Shown piece by piece: positions 19,016-35,438 of a DNA stretch of 64,000 nucleotides; within the stretch, counting starts at the first letter, position 1, and each line of letters begins with the position of its first letter. The position numbers and the translations under genes were made by a program. Below the pieces are notes generated by a model. It was not told the DNA's origin. It ran no database searches and saw nothing but the letters and a program-made list of their open reading frames with translations. This DNA is from the human T2T-CHM13v2.0 reference genome, Homo sapiens. The DNA lies in NCBI RefSeq assembly GCF_009914755.1, contig NC_060941.1; one strand, 5' to 3'.

Positions 19016-22000
19016 ATTTTCCTGTACTATTTGATAATAAGTCGCCGACATAATGCTCTTTATCTCAAGATATTTCAACATCTATTTCCTAAAAACAAGG
19101 ACATTCTCTTACATAACCACAGTACAATCCTCAAGACCAGGAAATTAACTTTGATACAATATTATACTCTTCAGACAATATTCACATTTTACCAACTGTC
19201 CCAATGATGCTCATTGTAATAAAAGAATATCCTGGATCATGCATCACATTTGGTTCCCAGTGTCTCTAGCCTACTTTAACTGGAATAGCTCCTCAGTCTT
19301 TCTTTGTCTTTCTCAACATTGCCGTTTTTTAAAGAGTACAGGGCAATTATTTTGCTGAATGCCCCTCAATCTGGGTTTGTCTCTTGTCTCTTCATAATTA
19401 GATTCAAGTAGCGCATCTGTGGTAGAAATGACACAGAAATGTTCTCAGTGCATCCTTTCAGGGCAGCAGTAGTTGTACATGTACTGGGGAGGTTAACTTT
19501 GATCACTGGGTTAAGGTGGTGTCTGCCAGGTCTCTGAGCGAGGATCCTGCTGATTATATTTCTCCCTGCAAGAAGTCCTCTAATACAAAGTAGGCAGGAT
19601 GGAGAATGTTCAGCAGTGATCTGCAAATGGTCCTTGGAAACTTAGCTTGTGTGACTTCTCACTGAGCACTCCTTTACAGACTTACAAGTCTTTACTCTGT
19701 GCCTATTTTTCTGCATTTAGCAGTCTCTTTATTTGTTGGTACCACCAAAGGCCAGCATGATGCCTGGTACATACTTAGTGCTTATAAATGTCCAATGAAT
19801 GAGTGAAACTGACAGGCTAGAGAAGGGGGTAGGTAAGGAGAGCTGGTCCAGGAAAAGCCCAGAATGACAGTGGATTTCAGAGAGGCTCTCTTCCTGATAC
19901 AGAGGGCCCCTGCACCTACAGATGAAGAAGGGTGGCAGTTTCAGGTGTCTGGACTGGTTCTCTGCACCCCATTCAGGGCAGAAAGGCAGGGTTTCAGGAC
20001 TGGGAGCCAGCTGTGTTATTACAGGTGGCCTGGGTTCTGTGTTGAGCGAGATCCTAATGGTCCCTACATTTAAGGCAGCCATTTCCAGCATTTTGGCCAT
20101 TGCATCAGGAGAAAGAGAGGCAAAAACAAGAGGGGATGTCATTCAAAGAACAGTACACTGAATTGTGGGGGTAGAGTGGGGAGGAGGAAAGAGGCAAACA
20201 TCTGGCCACTGAATGACTCACCAAAGTTAGGAGTGAGCCATCTGTGTGAATCCCAGAGGAAAGGCTCACAAGCACTCATCTGCTACGTACTCACCCTGTA
20301 ATGTCGCGGGAAATGCATAAAAGTGAAAAGAACTCCTACGCCAAAGTTCCAGGTGTGGAAAAGTTATTCTGAGCAAGGAGCTAGTCAACAGAAAGGATGT
20401 AGCAATTCAAATTACATAGAACAATAAGATTTAACAAATTGAGACATGGGGAAGCAAAAAGCAAAATATCAGGACCAAATTTTAAATGGAAAAGGGAAAC
20501 TCTAACTAGATCCAAACCAAAATGATAATAATAATGATAATAATAATAATGAAGAAAAGTAAACATAAGAAAAATATGATTCTAAAAGGCAAAGTCTCAT
20601 ATTAAAACGGAAAGGCAATTTGCTCAGGAAGCTCACATTTCCTGCCTTCTTTGTTTGCTTGGAAAACACAGTAGAGTCGACCATCTGGGGTAATTAATTC
20701 TAGGGTAAAAATGTCAGAACCTGGGTAAACAAAGATTAGCACCATGATAAAAATAAGGAAGAACCAGGAACTAAAAAAGAAACCAAATTCAGTAAGTTCA
20801 AAGGGATAGAATTCTGAAGAAAATTCTGAAGATTCCAGGGACAAGCTTGTTTTGCCATCCGTCAACTTTTTGAATGAGAGTCCTGGGATAACTCTTGCTC
20901 TTTTATATTTCAAAGTATCTCAGGTTTCAAATCAATTTCTATAAAGCTTCCACAAAACAAATGGAAGGAAGAACTGTAAATCACAAACTAAAAAAAACAA
21001 ACAAAACAAAAAACCTTTCCCCCTTACAATTCAACAACCCAAAGTCACCAAATTGAAGAAGGGTAAAGTAATTGCAGAGGTAACGGGCTCATGCACTGAT
21101 TGAACCTAACCTTGGCAAACCATACTTCAATGGTCTGTTGTACTAATGTCCAGAAAGCATGCAAAATAATTTGGAAGCAAGAATGTAAGTCTGAGCTTCT
21201 CGGTTGCCTCCCCCACTGCCCTTCCTTCTCAGTGCTAATGACATTCCAATGCTTAGTCTCAAAAAAACCACTGGTAATAGGGATCTCAGAAATATCAGAA
21301 GAAAACGTTCCTTCTACCCCTAGAGCTGCAGACAAGCAGATTCTATTCCACAATATAAGGCCAAAGCTAGTTCTGAAAAAGTGGGTAAATAGAGAACATT
21401 CACAAAAGCATTCATCTCTAAGTCTCCTATCTTCTCTCCATCTCGGAAGTGGGGACATGTGCCCTGGCAGGAAGCTCAGGCTGGGGTTCTAGAAGAGGTA
21501 GGAAGTACAAAAGTAGAAGAGGACAGTCTTCATACTACACAGGGCAGAACTGGAAGAGAACTTTAAAACGAGTTGGTTCAATTGTCTGTCACCTTAGATG
21601 AGGAAGCCAAGTTCTGGAAAGAATAAGTGACTCTGGCAGTGCCTAGAGTAGCCGATGGCCTGAGTTTCTTCCTGCCACCCCACACAAAACAAGTGCAACC
21701 AGGAAATTCATGTGCCTAGACCTGATGCCTTAATTCCAAAGCTGCAAAGGTAGTTGGGACCATATGATAGTCCAACTTGGATGCCAGGTTTAAGTTGTTA
21801 TCCTGTGAGTGAGGAACCACTGCAGATTTCTTTTTTTCCCCTGAAGGGCTGTGGTGCAATCGTAGCTCACTGCAGCCTTGACCTCCTGGGCTCAAGAGAT
21901 CCTTCCACCTCAGCCACCCAAGTAGCTGGGCCTACAGTGTGAGCCACCAAACCTAATACCATGCCTCACTATGTTGCCCAGGCTGGTGTCGAACCCTGTG

Positions 22001-22382
22001 GCTCAAGCAATCCTCCTGCCTCAGCCTCCAAAGTGCTTGGATTACAGGCACGAGCCACTGCACCTGGCCCAATGGAGATTCTTGAGCAGGGAAGATGGTT
22101 ATAAGCATTGACCTTGGACTTGACACTTAGGTTTGAACCCTGGGCTAGTTATTACTTTCTGAGCTTTATTTCTTTCTTTATGAGAGGAAAATTAAGTCCT
22201 TAATACACCTATTTAAACTCATTTCTTCAGCTTCAACTGACTTTGTAGGATCGTAAGGATTACATAAGAAAATGAATTTAAGGCCAGGCGTGGTGGCTCA
22301 CGCCTGTAATCCCAGCACTTTGGGAGGCCAAGGTGGGTGGTGGATCACGAGGTCAGGAGATCAAGACCGACCGTCCTGGCTA

Positions 22383-22595
<213 letters not shown>

Positions 22596-22771
22596 TCAAT
22601 ACTAATACTGTAGGTAAATTAGTATTCAGTAGTGTTAACTATTATTCCAAGCAGAGCTTTACTTCTGGAAGATTCACTAGGTGGGTTGTCTCCAATCAAC
22701 AAAGGTAACAAGAGCCTGTCCTGGGGGAATGGAGAGATGGTAACAGATTTAAGACATTTCAGAGTTAGCCT

Positions 22772-23310
22772 ATCAGTTATGTACTGTTGCATAACAAACC
22801 ACCTCTAAACTCGGTGGCTTGAAACAACAACATTCATTTATTTTGCACATGACTCTGCAATTTGGCCAGGGCTTGTCTCTGTTCTATACAGTATTGAATG
22901 GACGATGAACTGGGGGCTGGGGAGTCTCCTTTTAAGATGGCTCACTCACATGGTTGGCAGGTTGGTTCTGTCTGTTGGCTAAGAGCTCAGCCAGGGCCGA
23001 GGGCCCAGGGCTTTGGCTCCTCTCAATGTGGGCCTCTCCACAGGCTGCCTGGGCTTCTTCACAACATGGTGACTGTGTTTCAAGAGTAAACCATTCCAAG
23101 AGAGTGAGGTGGCATTTTTATAACAGCCTCAGAAGCCACATATTATTACTGTTTTGTACTAGACTGGTCAAGGCAAGAACAAATTTCTGCCGAAGTTCAA
23201 GGAGGGGTGATAAAAACTCCATCTCTTGATAGGAAAGTGCAAAGTTCTCGAAGAACATGTGTTACAGATATACTGTTGCATTGACATTTGGAAAATATAA
23301 TCTGCTACTG
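22772..23310. mobile_element. Old MLT1-type MaLR LTR
   Basis: tatcagttatgtactgttgcataacaaaccacctctaaactcggtggcttgaaacaacaac...aagatggctcactcacatgg. Confidence 0.7.
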
Positions 23311-23578
23311 GTAGGGATGACATGATTTAGCAAATTGGCTAGGGGCAGTGAGGGAGAATGATACACTGATGACTCTGGGTTGGGTGACCCATGGTGCCAT
23401 TAATAGAACTAGTGGAATACAGAAGGAAGAATATGTTAGGGGAGATTATTGACTCTGAGAAGCCCATAGTAGTCAGAAGGCAGGAGCCTGGAAGAGGCAT
23501 AAGTGAGTCTTACACAGAAAAGTCACAGCTAAAACTAAGACTAGAAGAAATGGCCAAGGATGAGAAAGAAAATCATAA

Positions 23579-23719
<141 letters not shown>

Positions 23720-23939
23720 TAGGATTACAGGCACCTGCCACCATGCCTAATTTTTGTATTTTTAGTAGAGATGCGGTTTCGCCATTTTGGCCGGGTTGGT
23801 CTCAAACTCCTGACTTCAGGTGATCCGTCCATCTTGGCCTCCAAAGTGCTGGGATTACAGGCATGAGCCACTGCACCTAGCCTATTTTCTACTTTTTAAA
23901 TGGCATTATTTTTCCATACCAGTATTTATTTTTATGTAG

Positions 23940-24224
<285 letters not shown>

Positions 24225-24552
24225 TGAGTAGCTGGGATTACAGGCGCCTGCCACCACACCCAGCTAATTTTTGTATTTTTAGTAGAGACAGGGTTTTGCC
24301 AGGTTGGCCAGGCTGGTCTCGAACTCCTGACCTCAGGTGATCCACCCACCTTGGCCTTCCAAAGTGCTTGGATTACAGGCGTGAGCCACCGCACCCAGCC
24401 CCCCAATATTTTTATCATTATTTTTAAATGTTTAATGTTTAGGGGTCAGACTTCATTTTTGTCAAATGGACAGCCAATTGATCCAGCCCCATTAACTGAA
24501 TAATACAACCCTTCCCACTGATTGAAATGCCACTTCTATCATAAGTTCCTAG

Positions 24553-24792
<240 letters not shown>

Positions 24793-25159
24793 TGAGTGGC
24801 TGAGGGTGGCCACCTGGAGAGTGCCACATGCACTGCGTCTCCTCATTTGCTGCTGTGCAGAAATTGTGGACCCACTGTGGCCACATATGCCGAGTTCTCA
24901 AGAGGTGCTAGACATCCAGATTTTTATATGAACTCTCCAGTGTTTAAAGTGTTGGCAATTAATTAAAAAAAAAAAATTTAAAATGCCGGGCACCATGGCT
25001 CACGTCTGTAATCTCAGCACTTTGGGAGGCCAAGGTGGGTGGATCACCTGAGGTCAGGAGTTTGAAACCAACCTGGCCAAAATGACAAAACCCCGTCTCT
25101 ACTAAAAATACAAAAATTAGCCAGGCGTGGTGGCGGGCACCTGTAATCCCAGCTACTCA

Positions 25160-25279
<120 letters not shown>

Positions 25280-26924
25280 TTAAAAACATTATGTGGACAA
25301 AATACATTTGCAAGCTGAGACTAGCCTGTGGCACACCGGTTAGTGACCTCTATTCCACATGCTGAAATAATGCAGGCCAGACTGGGTCCAGGAATCCACC
25401 TCTAACTCTTTCCCACTGCCAACATTAAGATGCAAAAGAGGAAGAGTGATGTGGCAGCTCCTGGAAACCCAGGCATCTCTGGGAAAGCAAGCAGTGTTAT
25501 GGCTCATGTGTCACCTTTTACCCACAGGAGTTGATGATGTGGTTCCCGGTATGCCAAGTAACTAGGAGGGAGGAGGTCAGCACTGGGGAGGGGAAGGTAA
25601 CATCCTCAGTCAAAGTTGGACCTCCCAGACCTGTTAGGCAGAGTTACAAAGAAAGACAATGGGTTGGAAGGAGGATGGAAACTGAGGTGCTGGCCAAGAA
25701 CATAGCAAGATTTTGGCCCCCCAAAACAAGCTGGAAAGTGATGTCACTTCCTATGTAATAATAATGTGGCTTCCGTGGAAACCTTCCAACTTAACACTGC
25801 AGAATCTGAAAAGAAATGGCAATGAGCAGAGGTCTCCCACCCTCACGTGGAGGACAGGGTCCGCAAAGATGAGTCACATTGTAGAACTTCACTATTCAGA
25901 GAAAGACCCTTCACATGCAGAATCTCGCTGGTCTCTCAGGACAATCCTGTGAGGTAGGCAGCACCAGGGGTGTTACTGCCCCTTACAGAAGAGGGAACTG
26001 GCATTAGTGATGATCAGAATGGGTCTTAGATAGCTCTGGGATGTGCAGGAAGGACACTTGTATGAAGAATAAAAGACCGGCCGGGCGAGTGGCTCACGCC
26101 TGTAATCCCAGCACTTTGGGAGGCCAAGACAGGCGGATCATGAGGTCAGGCATTCGAGACCAGCCTGGCCAACATAGTGAAACCCCATCTCTACTAAAAA
26201 TACAAAAAATTAGCCGGGCGTGGTTGGCGGGCGCCTGTAATCCCAGCTACTTGGGAGGCTGAGGCAGGAGAATCGCTTTAACCTGGAAGGTGGAGGTTGC
26301 AGTGAGCCAAGATTGTGGCCACTGCACTCCAGCCCGGGCGACAGTGCGAGACTCCATCTCAAAAAAAAAAATAATAAAATAAAAATAAAAGACTGCAGGC
26401 CCTTTCTCCTTCCCCGTGCCCATTTCTGTAGAATCATTTATTCATTAAATTCACTGAACACTTTCCATGGGCTGGGCACTCTTAGGCATTGGGAACATAG
26501 GAGTACACAGGTCCTGGGCACTGTCCTCCCCTGTGGCTGGGTCAGTCATCCTTACTCTGAATCATGGCCCAGACTGGCCTTGCCCTACTCCTCTCTAGGT
26601 AGAGCAGTGATCTCAGGCCAACTCTTGCATTTTGTTCCAGAAACCTTGATTATTTCCCTGACTATTGGTCACTTCCCGAAATGCACTGAACCGTGCCAGG
26701 AATAGGATATGTTTTTAAGTGCTTGAGACACAGACAAGTGGCAGACGCATACCCAAATTCCAACCATACTTTACTTCTGACCTAATTTTAATATATGTTT
26801 CATGCAGTTACACAATTATCTGTGCATAATGCTCTGAGAAAAGGGATGGCACATACAGTTTCTCCTGAAGCGGGAAACAGAGCCCAGTTGGTAAGGTGGC
26901 CAGTCTCTAGGGCATCTTAGATGA

Positions 26925-27191
<267 letters not shown>

Positions 27192-27512
27192 TGATCGGCC
27201 GCCTAAGCCTCCAAAGTGCTGGGATTACAGGCATGAGCCACCGTGCCCAGCCTTCCTTCATCTACTTATTTTCCTGTGATGCCTCCATGTTTTAGAGTAT
27301 GTGTCTGAGGGGCAGGAATATGTATTAGATATATCTAGGGCAGTCCCACCAGCTTTACATTCTTGAGACCTCATCCATCAGTTCTTGTTTTGCAGACATA
27401 TACTTCTATTGACTACAATGAGAAGTGTGTCTCTTAAAAAGGTAAGTCTGGCCGCGCGTGGCGGCTCACGCCTGTAATCCCAGCACTTTGGGAGGCAGAG
27501 GCAGGTGGATCA

Positions 27513-28180
<668 letters not shown>

Positions 28181-28354
28181 GTTAAGAGCAAAAAAAAAAA
28201 AAAAAAGTCCTGGTTGGGTGTAGTGGCGTGTGCCTGTAATCCTAGCACTTTGGGAGGCCAATCCCTTGGGCCCAGGAGTTTGAGACCAGCCTGGGCAATA
28301 TAAGGAGACCCTATCTCTAAAAAAATGAAAAAAAAAATAAATAAATAAGTTCAA

Positions 28355-29255
<901 letters not shown>

Positions 29256-29364
29256 TGACCTGAGAGTGCAGCCTTCAATCTTTTCCTCTGGGGCCTCTGG
29301 CAACAGTTCTCAGATGACTATGCTCAGAGAGACACCTGTGACTGTCCACCCAGCAGCCATCTGT

Positions 29365-30617
29365 TCACCAGCAGAGGAGACCGGAAGTCCCTTGTGAGGT
29401 GCTGGGTTCTGAAGCTTCAGGAGTGGGATCCATGTCATCGTCCATATCAGATCTGTCTGCTCCAATCTCAGCCCTTTCTTCCTGCCTGATCCAAAGGCTA
29501 TTTTCTAGCTGTTCTTCAGCAATTTCTAGCTCTTCTTCCGTTTGTAAAGTAGCCACAGTTTCCCGGGGCAAGTTTGAGGAATATAGCCCAAATTTGGCTT
29601 TATAGCCAAACATTGCCTCAAATGGACTTTGCTGCAAGGAAACGTCGAAAGCCTGATTCCTCACCATCTGCATGAATCGGAGGCCTTTGGCCCAGTGACA
29701 TGAGTGGTTACTCTGCATCCAGGTACTTATCATGTTCTTTACATCACGGCTTGCTCCTTCCAGGGAGCCCTGGCTTTGGCCAGGGTGGTACTTACCAGAT
29801 ACAATCTTTAGGTCTGGCCACAACTCATTGAGCTCATGAACAACCTGGTTTGTGAACTCAACGCCACTGTCAGAGTCTAACACACTGGGTGTACCAAGAA
29901 TTGTGAAAATATCTAACAAGACACTGACCACCTCATGGGCCTGTTTGGTTCTTAATGGCCGTAAAATAATAAACTTGGTTGAGTGATCCTGGTAGTATAA
30001 AATGAACTTGAACTCACCATCGGCACTGGACTGCATGTCAAGTATTTCAACTTGGCATGTGGAGTCTATGTCCTTAAAAGTCATGGGCTTTGGTGCAAGG
30101 CCTCTCTTGGGTACTGGGTTCTTCTGGTGGCACTGTTTACACAGAGTCAGATATAAGACAATAACTTCTTTGGTGACATTCCCATATTTTCCTTGCAGCT
30201 CCTTGAGCATGCGTGTCCGCCCACCATGTCCAATACTGAGATGTGTATCATGAAGAATATCAAACAACTCTTCCTTATGTACATAATACCGTATTCGATC
30301 ACGTTCTCCATGAGTAGCCTCTATCAGTTTCTCTGTGCCCTGTACAGAGATCACATCATATTTTGCTGCACGGCGATAATCACGTGATGACTTCTTCCCT
30401 TTTTCTTTAGCTTCTTTAACTTCCTTTATTGTTTGAAAGTACTTTTCTTTGGAAAATACCTTGCTGTTGTAACTTTTGCTTTCTACTAACTTTGTTACAC
30501 TCATAAGAAACTTTTCTCTCATGTTACTTATCTCCATTTCCATTTCACTTGCATTTGAAACCCCAGGTGGATCATTTCCAGCTCTCTGAGGCATCATGGA
30601 GAGCTGTAAGAAGGATC
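29365..30617 (-). CDS. KRBA2: KRBA2 main coding exon: H2C2 zinc-binding motif plus rve-type DDE integrase core
   Basis: Acceptor ttcttag at 30618. Open frame to TGA with HDTH..GHGG..CKQC, QVEILDMQ, LDSDSGVEF and SQGSLE. An internal ATG at 30597 gives a 410-aa form. Confidence 0.95.
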
Positions 30618-31537
30618 CTAAGAAAGGAAGAAAAGAGAACAAAGTTAAATTCACTGACACTCCCACCTGGAAGACTTTCCCTCTAAAGTTCCTCATCAAT
30701 TCTTTCATCTAATTTTTGAAGATGATTATATGGAAGAATGATAATAGAATAATAGTTAAAAAGCAACTAGAAAGCCAACTAGCACCATCCAAAACCACAG
30801 CATAGCAACAGAATTTGACATCAGTAAAGATCACAAATATGTAGAGGTTTTAGACTTTAGGCAAACAGCAAAAACAATGAAGTCATTAGCTTATAGCAAG
30901 AAACCTAATCAACTGGTTTTTATTAACTGAATAGGAGAGGATAAACAGAAACTCCTAAGGCAGTAGGCTAAAATCTTACCCTCAGTACCCTTTAAAATAA
31001 TATAAATGGGAGAACGTTGCTAAAAGGTACCACATAATAACAGCAAACTCTTAAACTGAAATTTGTACCAGGGATTGCTTCTGAGCCTTCCCATGATCAA
31101 CAGAAACAATTTCTTGGCCAAGCACAGTGGCTCACGCCTGTAATCCCAGCACTTTGGGAGGGCGAGGTGGGCGGATCACTTGAGGTCAGGAGTTCAAGAA
31201 CAGCCTGGCCAACAGGGTGAAACCCCATCTCTACTAAAAATACAAAATTTAGCCAGGTGTAGTGGCAGGAGCCTGTAATCCCAGCTACTCGGGAGACTGA
31301 GGCAGGGAGAACTGCCTGAACCTGGAAGGTGGAGGTTGCAGTGAGCCGAGATTATACCACTGCACTCCAGCCTGGGCGACAAAGCGAGACTGTTTCAAAA
31401 AAAAAAAATTTCTTATGGCTGAGGAGTCTGTCCTTATCTTGGGGAATCGAGAAGAAAGCTGTGGGGATATTTTTAAATGACGGTTTCCCCTTGACAATTG
31501 TCCACAAGATTAATAAAGGAAGATTCTGAGCCCTTAC

Positions 31538-31763
31538 CCTGTGGGACCGTGTTCTCATAACTGTCCAGCATTGTGTCTCTGTAGCAATCCTTTTGAGAGC
31601 CTTCTAAATAATTCCAATCTTTGGTCATATTTTCAAATGCTGTTGCTTCCTGAAACAACATTGGCTGCTGCCACAGGGACCATATAGTCTTGGGGCCTGG
31701 GCTAAAGAGCAGCTTCAGCAGGACTGGGGAAGAGACAAGAGAGGGCACCAGGAATGAAGGCAT
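31538..31763 (-). CDS. KRBA2: KRBA2 first coding exon with degenerate KRAB-A box
   Basis: MPSFLVPSL...EATAFENMTKDWNYLEGSQKDCYRDTMLDSYENTVPQG. Donor CAGG|GTAAGG, phase 1. 226+1253 = 1479 nt = 492 aa. Confidence 0.88.
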
Positions 31764-33321
31764 GCAGCATAAAGGACTCTGAAAGCGAGTCAGGTGAATA
31801 AATGGAAGAAATAAGAAATAGGTCTCACATCTAACAAGATGAGTACAGCTTCATGGATGAGGGAAAGGAGTTTTGCTTTCCTGGGAGGTCTGTTGGTCTG
31901 GCCAGTTTTGATGCTGCCAGAGCTGTAGCCCATGTATTAATCTTTCCAGAATAAAGCAGAGTCCAAGTGAACTTGGGCGCAGGCTTGATGACTCCTAACA
32001 GGGGTGGCAGGATCTGTTTCCAATGGAAATATTATATCTGTGTACATAAAGATATGTCAGGAGATTATCCTGCAGAAAAGAGATACCCCAAATGGAGTCT
32101 ACCTGCCACTGTGATCAGATAATTCCTTAGGGAGAGAACTTGATACTCAGTTGTCTAAACTGGGATTCCTTAGTCAGAACAGCCGTAAGACAGGATGGTG
32201 ATGAGGCCAGGGGAGTTCACATGAGGACTGCAGGAATTCCAGCAAGCTTAGGAAAACAGGATCCCGAGATCCCAGCTGTCAGATGCAGAGCGGAGGGGCA
32301 GGGCAGAATCCTGAGAAGCAGAGAAAGATGGAAACTTTTAAAGGCTCTGAGCAAGAGTCTCAGTTAAGTGGGGCCTGCTTCCAGGTCCGGAAGGTCCTTC
32401 ACTAAAAGGGCTTCAAACTCCCTTCCTCAGCATTGCTAGTTAATCATGAATATTCCTGATTCTAAGACATTACTGATTGTAAATCACTAACTTAATAACA
32501 ACTTTCTTTTGAGAGGAAAAACAGTGTGTATTAAATGAATGTATTGATAAGACACATCCAAAATTTAAAATGTGAAAAATATGCATTTTCATTCTTTTTC
32601 TTTTTTTGTATTTTTTTATAGAGATGGGGTTTTGCCATGTTGCAAAAAACCCAGGCCGGTCTCGAACTCCTGGGCTCTAGTGATCCACCTGCCTCAGCCT
32701 CCCAAAGTGAGGTTTTGCCATGCTGGCCAGGCTGGTCCTCGAACTTCTAGCCTCAAGTGATCTGCTCGTTTTGGCCTCCCAAAGTGTTGGAATTACAGGT
32801 GTGAGCCAGCACACCCAGCCGGTCCTACTAGTTCTAACAGACTTGAAACCACAAGGTATTCAATGGAATCCAGAAAAAGCACCTTCCAGATTCCTTTCTG
32901 AAACCAGCGTCTCTCAGAACCTGAGTGCTGTGTTGGTTGTTATTTGAGTCCCTTCAGGGGACCGCAAAGGAAGGAAAAGCCTCATCTTCATTCTATAAAA
33001 TAATGAAGGCAACTGGGCATGGTGGCTCATGCCTGTAATCCTAACACTTTGGTAGGCCAAGGTGAGAGGATTGCTTGAGGCCAGGAGTTCAAGACCAACC
33101 TAGTCAACATAGTGAGACCCTGTCTCTAAAAATAAAAAAAAGAAAAAAAAGAATGAAGGCAACAGGCTAGAAACAATTTATAATCAAAAGATGTAGAATC
33201 TCAGTCTTTAGTAGAGGTACAGTCCTTACTATACCATGAAATTCTACAGTAGAGTCCAGGGTCTACAATTATCTAATAGACCTATTTTGGTTGGTCCATC
33301 TAGTGATTTTAAAAAAATTTG

Positions 33322-34876
33322 TCTCCCTCTTCCTCTCTCCATCTCCGTCTCCACGGTCTCCCTCTCCCTCTCTCCCTCTCTCCGTCTCCGTCTCCGTCTC
33401 CACGGTCTCCCTCTCCCTCTCTCTCCACGGTCTCCCTCTGATGCCAAGCCGAGGCTGGACTGTACTGCCGCCATCTCGGCTCACTGCAACCTCCCTGCCT
33501 GATTCTCCTGCCTCAGCCTGCCGAGTGCCTGGGATTGCCCGCAGGCGCCGCCATGCCTGACTGGTTTTTGTATTTTTTGGTGGAGATGGGGTTTCGCCGT
33601 GTTGGCCGGGCTGGTCTCCAGCTCCTGACCGCGAGTGGTCTGCCTGCCTCGGCCTCCCGAGGTGCCGGGATTGCAGATGGAGTCTCGCTCACTCAGTGCT
33701 CAATGTTGCCCAGGCTGGAGTGCAGTGGCGTGATCTCGGCTCCCTACAACCTCCACCTCCCAGCTGCCTGCCTTGGCCTCCCAAAGTGCCGAGATTGTAG
33801 CCTCTGCCCGGCTGCCACCCCGTCTGGGAAGTGAGGAGCGTCTCTGCCTGGCCGCCCATCGTCTGGGATGTGAGGAGCCCCTGTGCCCGGCCGCCCAGTC
33901 TGGGAAGTGAGGAGCCTCTTCCCGGCCGCCATCCCGTCTGGGAAGTGAGGAGGGTCTCTGCCCAGCCGCCCATCGTCTGAGATGTGGGGAGCGCCTCTGC
34001 CCCGCCGCCCCGTCTGGGATGTGAGGATCGCCTCTGCCCGGCCGTGACCCCGTCTGGGAACTGAGGAGTGTCTCTGCCCGACCGCCACCCCGTCTGGGAG
34101 GTGAGGAGCGTCTCTGCCCGGCCGCCCCGTCTGAGAAGTGAGGAGCCCCTCCGCCCGGCAGCCGCCCCGTCTGGGAAGTGAGGAGCATCTCCACCCTGCA
34201 GCCGCCCCATCCAGGAGGTGGGGGGCAGCCCCTGCCTGGCCAGCCGCCCCGTCCGGGAGGGAGGTGGGGGGCAGCCCCCGCCCGGCCGGCCGCCCCGTCT
34301 GGGAAGTGAGGGGCCCCTCTGCCGGGCCGCCACCCCGTCTGGGAGGTGTACCCAACAGCTCATTGAGGACGGGCCATGGTGACGATGGCGGTTGTGTCGA
34401 ATAGAAAAGGGAGAAATGTGGGGAAAAGAAAGAGAAATCAGATTGTTACTGTGTCTGTGTAGAAAGAAGTAGACATAGGAGACTCCATTTTGTTCTATAC
34501 TAAGAAAAATTCTTCTGCCTTGGGATGCTATTAATCTATAACCTTACCCCCAACCCCGTGCTCTCTGAAACATGTGCTGTGTCCACTCAGGGTTAAATGG
34601 ATTAAGGGCAGTGCAAGATGTGCTTTGTTAAACAGATGCTTGAAGGCAGCATGCTCGCTAAGAGTCATCACCACTCCCTAATCTCAAGTACCCAGGGACA
34701 CAAACACTGCGGAAGGCCGCAGGGTCCTCTGCCTAGGAAAACCAGAGACCCTTGTTCACATGTTTATCTGCTGACCTTCCCTCCACTATTGTCCTATGAC
34801 CGTGCCAAATCCCCCTCTCTGAGAAACACCCAAGAATGATCAATAAATACTAAAAAAAAAAAAAAAAAAAAAAAAA
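33322..34876 (+). mobile_element. Full-length SVA retrotransposon (older subfamily, B/C-like), antisense within the KRBA2 upstream intron
   Basis: CCCTCT-like hexamers, antisense Alu-like region, GC-rich VNTR (ccccgtctgggaagtgaggagc), SINE-R, AATAAA at 34842-34847 and poly(A). TTTT/AAAA site and aaaaaaatt target-site duplication. Confidence 0.95.
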
Positions 34877-35003
34877 TTGAATGATTCGGCCGGGCGTGGG
34901 GGCTCACACCTGTAACCCCAGCACTTTAGGAGGCGGAGGTGGGCGGATTACAAGGTCAGGAGATCGAGACCATCCTGGCTAACACGAGGAAACCCCGTCT
35001 CTA

Positions 35004-35438
<435 letters not shown>

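Noticed and set aside
30618-30708. N-terminus MKELMRNF... of the 447-aa ORF
   Set aside because: Lies in the intron's polypyrimidine tract upstream of the KRBA2 acceptor.
33689-34404. Three long minus-strand ORFs (164-224 aa) with repeated peptides
   Set aside because: Translations of the SVA VNTR.
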